Of a DNA stretch of 64,000 nucleotides, positions 61,714-64,000 are shown piece by piece. Positions within the stretch are counted from its first letter, which is position 1. Each line of letters starts with the position of its first letter. Made by a program: the position numbers and the translations under genes. Below the pieces are notes generated by a model that searched no databases, was not told the DNA's origin, and saw only the letters and a program-made list of their open reading frames with translations. Location of the stretch: positions 32,001 to 96,000 of IMG/VR virus record IMGVR_UViG_3300028920_000027, one strand, 5' to 3'. Source of the DNA: a virus.

Positions 61714-62355
61714 TCATCCTCGGTCCACCACTTGACGGGCCCGGCGAATCGCCGCCGGGACCGTACGCGTGGGGTCGAACTCGTCATCGGCAAAGTCGGC
61801 CACATCCTGACTCACCGATTCGTTGATGAGATTCAAGCCGTACCGGTGACGTCGAACGCCCTTATGCCGCATCGACCCCAGATGCTCGCCCACCCAGCCG
61901 TAGAGGAAGCCCCAGGAGGGCTCCCTGAGCTTGACCCAGGCACCCAATCGGAGCCGCCGCTTCTCGGGCTCTGGGGGCTCGTACAGCTCGGGAGCGGGCA
62001 CCGACTCCTCGACGAGGACAGGGACGTGGGTGAAGCCCAAGTCCTTGCTTGCATTGTATCGGTGGATTCCATCCACAATGTCGAACTTGCCGCCCTTGTC
62101 CACCACATCGAGGGGGTCAAGAGGAGTCCCACGCTCGATGTGGCGCCGTACCTCTTCGTAACGCCCCGGGTTCCAGACCGGCTTGGGAATGATGAGGCGG
62201 ATGGGCACCAGCAGAAGTCGTGCCTTGGTGTAGACGCCCAGCTCTCGAGCCTCATCGCGCTGGGTCTCAGGATCGTTCTTCGCGTCCAGACTCCGGCGAT
62301 CCACCTTGTAGTGGCTCCTCGCGCGGGCGATGCGGCGGTCATAGTGATACGCCAT
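61714..62355 (-). CDS. ParB/sulfiredoxin-like N-terminal-domain protein with YDRRIA leader
   Basis: PLDPLDV...FDIVDGIHRYNA...GFTHVPVLV (ParBc motif). Confidence 0.8.
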   Translation of the reverse strand: MAYHYDRRIARARSHYKVDRRSLDAKNDPETQRDEARELGVYTKARLLLVPIRLIIPKPVWNPGRYEEVRRHIERGTPLDPLDVVDKGGKFDIVDGIHRYNASKDLGFTHVPVLVEESVPAPELYEPPEPEKRRLRLGAWVKLREPSWGFLYGWVGEHLGSMRHKGVRRHRYGLNLINESVSQDVADFADDEFDPTRTVPAAIRRARQVVDRG

Positions 62356-62368
62356 GTTTCCAACAGGC

Positions 62369-62550
62369 TCAGTCTTGGTCAGCGTAGATGTTGGCTTGTT
62401 CCCAGATGTACGCCGCGATCTGCTGTGGCACATTTGCCTTCAGGCTCAACTTCGCTGGCCGAGAATCGTTGAGTAGGCCCTCCGAGCCTCTTCCACCATA
62501 TTGGAAAGAGTCTTGGCACCCGCTGCCATTCGATAGTCATAGTGCGTCAT
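62369..62550 (-). pseudogene. Frameshifted small protein with MTHYDYRMAAG leader
   Basis: Frame 1 stops after ILGQRS; another frame continues AKLSLKANVPQQIAAYIWEQANIYADQD; CTTGTG 13 nt upstream. Confidence 0.5.
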
Positions 62551-62578
62551 GCTACCGATCGATCACAAGAAGAATCTC

Positions 62579-62649
62579 TGGAGAGCCGAGTGGGGGTCGA
62601 ACCCACCCTCGAAGGGTTGCAATCTTCGTCGTCCCCGGGACGCCGGCTC
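62579..62649 (-). tRNA. tRNA-Cys(GCA), shrunken D-loop
   Basis: GAAGA-TTGCAAC-CCTTC; U73; CCA. Confidence 0.75.
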
Positions 62650-62652
62650 AAG

Positions 62653-62728
62653 TAGTGGGGCGCCAGGGAGTCGAACCCTGCGCAGGAAGTTTATCGGACT
62701 TCCCCGGTCATACCGGGCCGCACGCCCC
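62653..62728 (-). tRNA. tRNA-Ile(GAT), atypical D-arm
   Basis: GAAGT-CCGATAA-ACTTC; D-stem CCCGG/CCGGG. Confidence 0.8.
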
Positions 62729-62781
62729 AAGTAGTGCACTCCGAAGAGCGCGCTACCTGCCCCCGCTGTAGTGCAGGGGCT

Positions 62782-62858
62782 TTGTAGCGAGGGTGGGATT
62801 TGAACCCACGATCTCCGGGTTATGAGCCCGACGAGCTGCCAAACTGCTCCACCTCGCA
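62782..62858 (-). tRNA. Initiator tRNA-fMet(CAT)
   Basis: TCGGG-CTCATAA-CCCGG (three G-C pairs); unpaired 1:72. Confidence 0.92.
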
Positions 62859-62934
62859 GTGGGTCGTCGAGGAATCGAACCTCGTTCTCCCGCTCTTCAG
62901 GCGGGCGCTGAATCACCAGACTAGCTCACGACCC
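62858..62934 (-). tRNA. tRNA-Phe(GAA)
   Basis: CCCGC-CTGAAGA-GCGGG. Confidence 0.9.
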
Positions 62935-63290
62935 TTGTAGTCTTCTACAACCTTCAGAAGAAGCTTATCGCGCGAGCTATGCTCTATACGATGGCAGTTC
63001 GAGCACAGAAGCTCGCACTTGCTCAGCTCCTTCTAGATGACATCCCACGACCGGTTGGCAACGTTCCCGATCGTGAACTCCTTCTGACCTTCTCGGTGGT
63101 GAAACTCGAAGGCTGCGATCGACCCCTTCCAACCGCACCTCTGGCACCTACCTCCAAGGTGGGCAACGGCTGCCTTCTTGGCCCTCAACCTCCGAATCTT
63201 GGTGTTGCATGACCCGCACCGCTTGCGCCTCCCACTCGTCATCAGGCGAGAGCACAGAGGGCATGGGTAGGGGTCTTTCTTGGGCCGCAT
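62913..63290 (-). pseudogene. HNH endonuclease interrupted by an in-frame TAG
   Basis: GGRCQRCG...FEFHH...SWDVI, TAG (63033-63035), then KELSKCELLCSNCHRIEH. Confidence 0.8.
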
Positions 63291-63322
63291 ACAACTGGTG
63301 TGACATAAGATGTTTCACCATC

Positions 63323-63392
63323 TGGATCCAGGGGAGGGGATCGAACCCCCAAAAATCTCGGTTAGCAGTCGGGCACCGGAACTTCTGGGGGA
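63323..63392 (-). pseudogene. Degenerate tRNA (T-arm and CCA retained, GCT-type loop)
   Basis: GGGGG-TTCGATC-CCCTC...TCCA; acceptor and anticodon stems poorly paired. Confidence 0.45.
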
Positions 63393-63428
63393 TAAACTGC
63401 TCCCAAGGGCCGACGCCGCCCTTGTCTA

Positions 63429-64000
63429 CTACCCAACCAGAGCTTGTGCCTTCATGGCGGCCCTCTGGGCTGATCCTGAACTTCCCCAGCGGTGTCGTCG
63501 CGATGTACGACTGGTACGTGACGCCGCGCTGGGTGACCTCGACCATCCCACTTCCAGGGAGTGCCGAGCTTCTTGGACCCCTTCTGCTTGATGACGGGGC
63601 GAGCCCACTCGACGCCATCCCGACAGAGCTTGATGGCCTCCTTGACCGCAGGGCGAAGGGCTCGGTCTATCGACTGCCGACGCGCTCGACGAGCGCGGCA
63701 GCTGCATCAGTCGGGGAGCCTTCGAGTCCCGCAAGGTAGTCATCATTGTAGGGTGGAGAATGGTAAGGGCCTTGATGCCTTTCATGGCGGCTTCGGCGCG
63801 GCTCGCCCAGCCCTCGATGCCCGTGAAGAGGTCGTCGATCTGATTGTCGATCACGAAGAAGGCGTCATCGAGAGCTTGGGCAGACTTCTCGTTCGGGCTC
63901 CGTTGAACTTCTGCCAGAGCGGCCTCCAAGGACGAGACGTGACCATTGACTCGCTGCACCGTCGCGGCCACGCGATTCCCCACACCTTGGTTCATCTCCT
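63429..64000 (-). CDS. 5'-partial helical protein, probably frameshifted downstream
   Basis: Protein-like helical start (NRVAATVQRV...) degrades after about 63770, where other frames look coding. Confidence 0.4.
   Translation of the reverse strand, partial: EMNQGVGNRVAATVQRVNGHVSSLEAALAEVQRSPNEKSAQALDDAFFVIDNQIDDLFTGIEGWASRAEAAMKGIKALTILHPTMMTTLRDSKAPRLMQLPRSSSASAVDRPSPSPCGQGGHQALSGWRRVGSPRHQAEGVQEARHSLEVGWSRSPSAASRTSRTSRRHRWGSSGSAQRAAMKAQALVG

Noticed and set aside
63033-63035. In-frame TAG in the HNH gene as evidence of amber recoding
   Set aside because: TAG terminates clearly bounded genes here (e.g. 49867, 51396, 58863), long ORFs are intact under code 11, and no tRNA with a CTA anticodon was found. 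A nonsense mutation in a selfish gene is simpler.
63311-63318. Third parS site (TGTTTCAC)
   Set aside because: Half-site only; the other arm does not match.
63323-63392. Degenerate tRNA read as an amber suppressor (loop contains CTA)
   Set aside because: The only register with any stem pairing centres GCT, not CTA, and the acceptor stem does not pair.

Overview
This window is a 64-kb segment of a large, GC-rich tailed dsDNA phage, probably a jumbo phage. Most genes are on the minus strand, and there are four zones. (1) 1-13.9 kb, head/packaging module: portal, intein-containing TerL, a TerS candidate, a triple-Cys-repeat protein, and acidic scaffold-like and Ig-like proteins. (2) 14.5-45 kb, replication/recombination module built from bacterial-type parts: sigma-like factor, NusG-5'-3' exonuclease fusion, intein-containing DnaX plus HolA, HolB and DnaN, primase core, Rad50/SbcC split into two genes, intein-containing Mre11/SbcD, RecA, RuvC, SSB, RecD2, LigA, class II RNR and GroEL. 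(3) 45-55 kb, accessory zone: vWA protein, HNH, and a plus-strand two-component cassette (REC-coiled coil-TM, PAS histidine kinase, single-domain REC). (4) 55-63.4 kb: 39 tRNA genes (my manual count), three tRNA-like oddities, two broken endonucleases, two parS-like palindromes and a ParB-like gene. One pattern cuts across the zones. A conserved upstream motif (WTCYNYTTRTG, 12-16 nt before ATG) marks a dispersed gene set, and most of their otherwise unrelated proteins share N-terminal VAxR[YF] or YD[RY]RxA signatures. I infer a late regulon of capsid-targeted internal proteins. A second motif (GGTGTAnnnT) lies just before many replication and accessory genes. All calls were made by eye from sequence motifs; no database searches were run, and start codons were refined manually.
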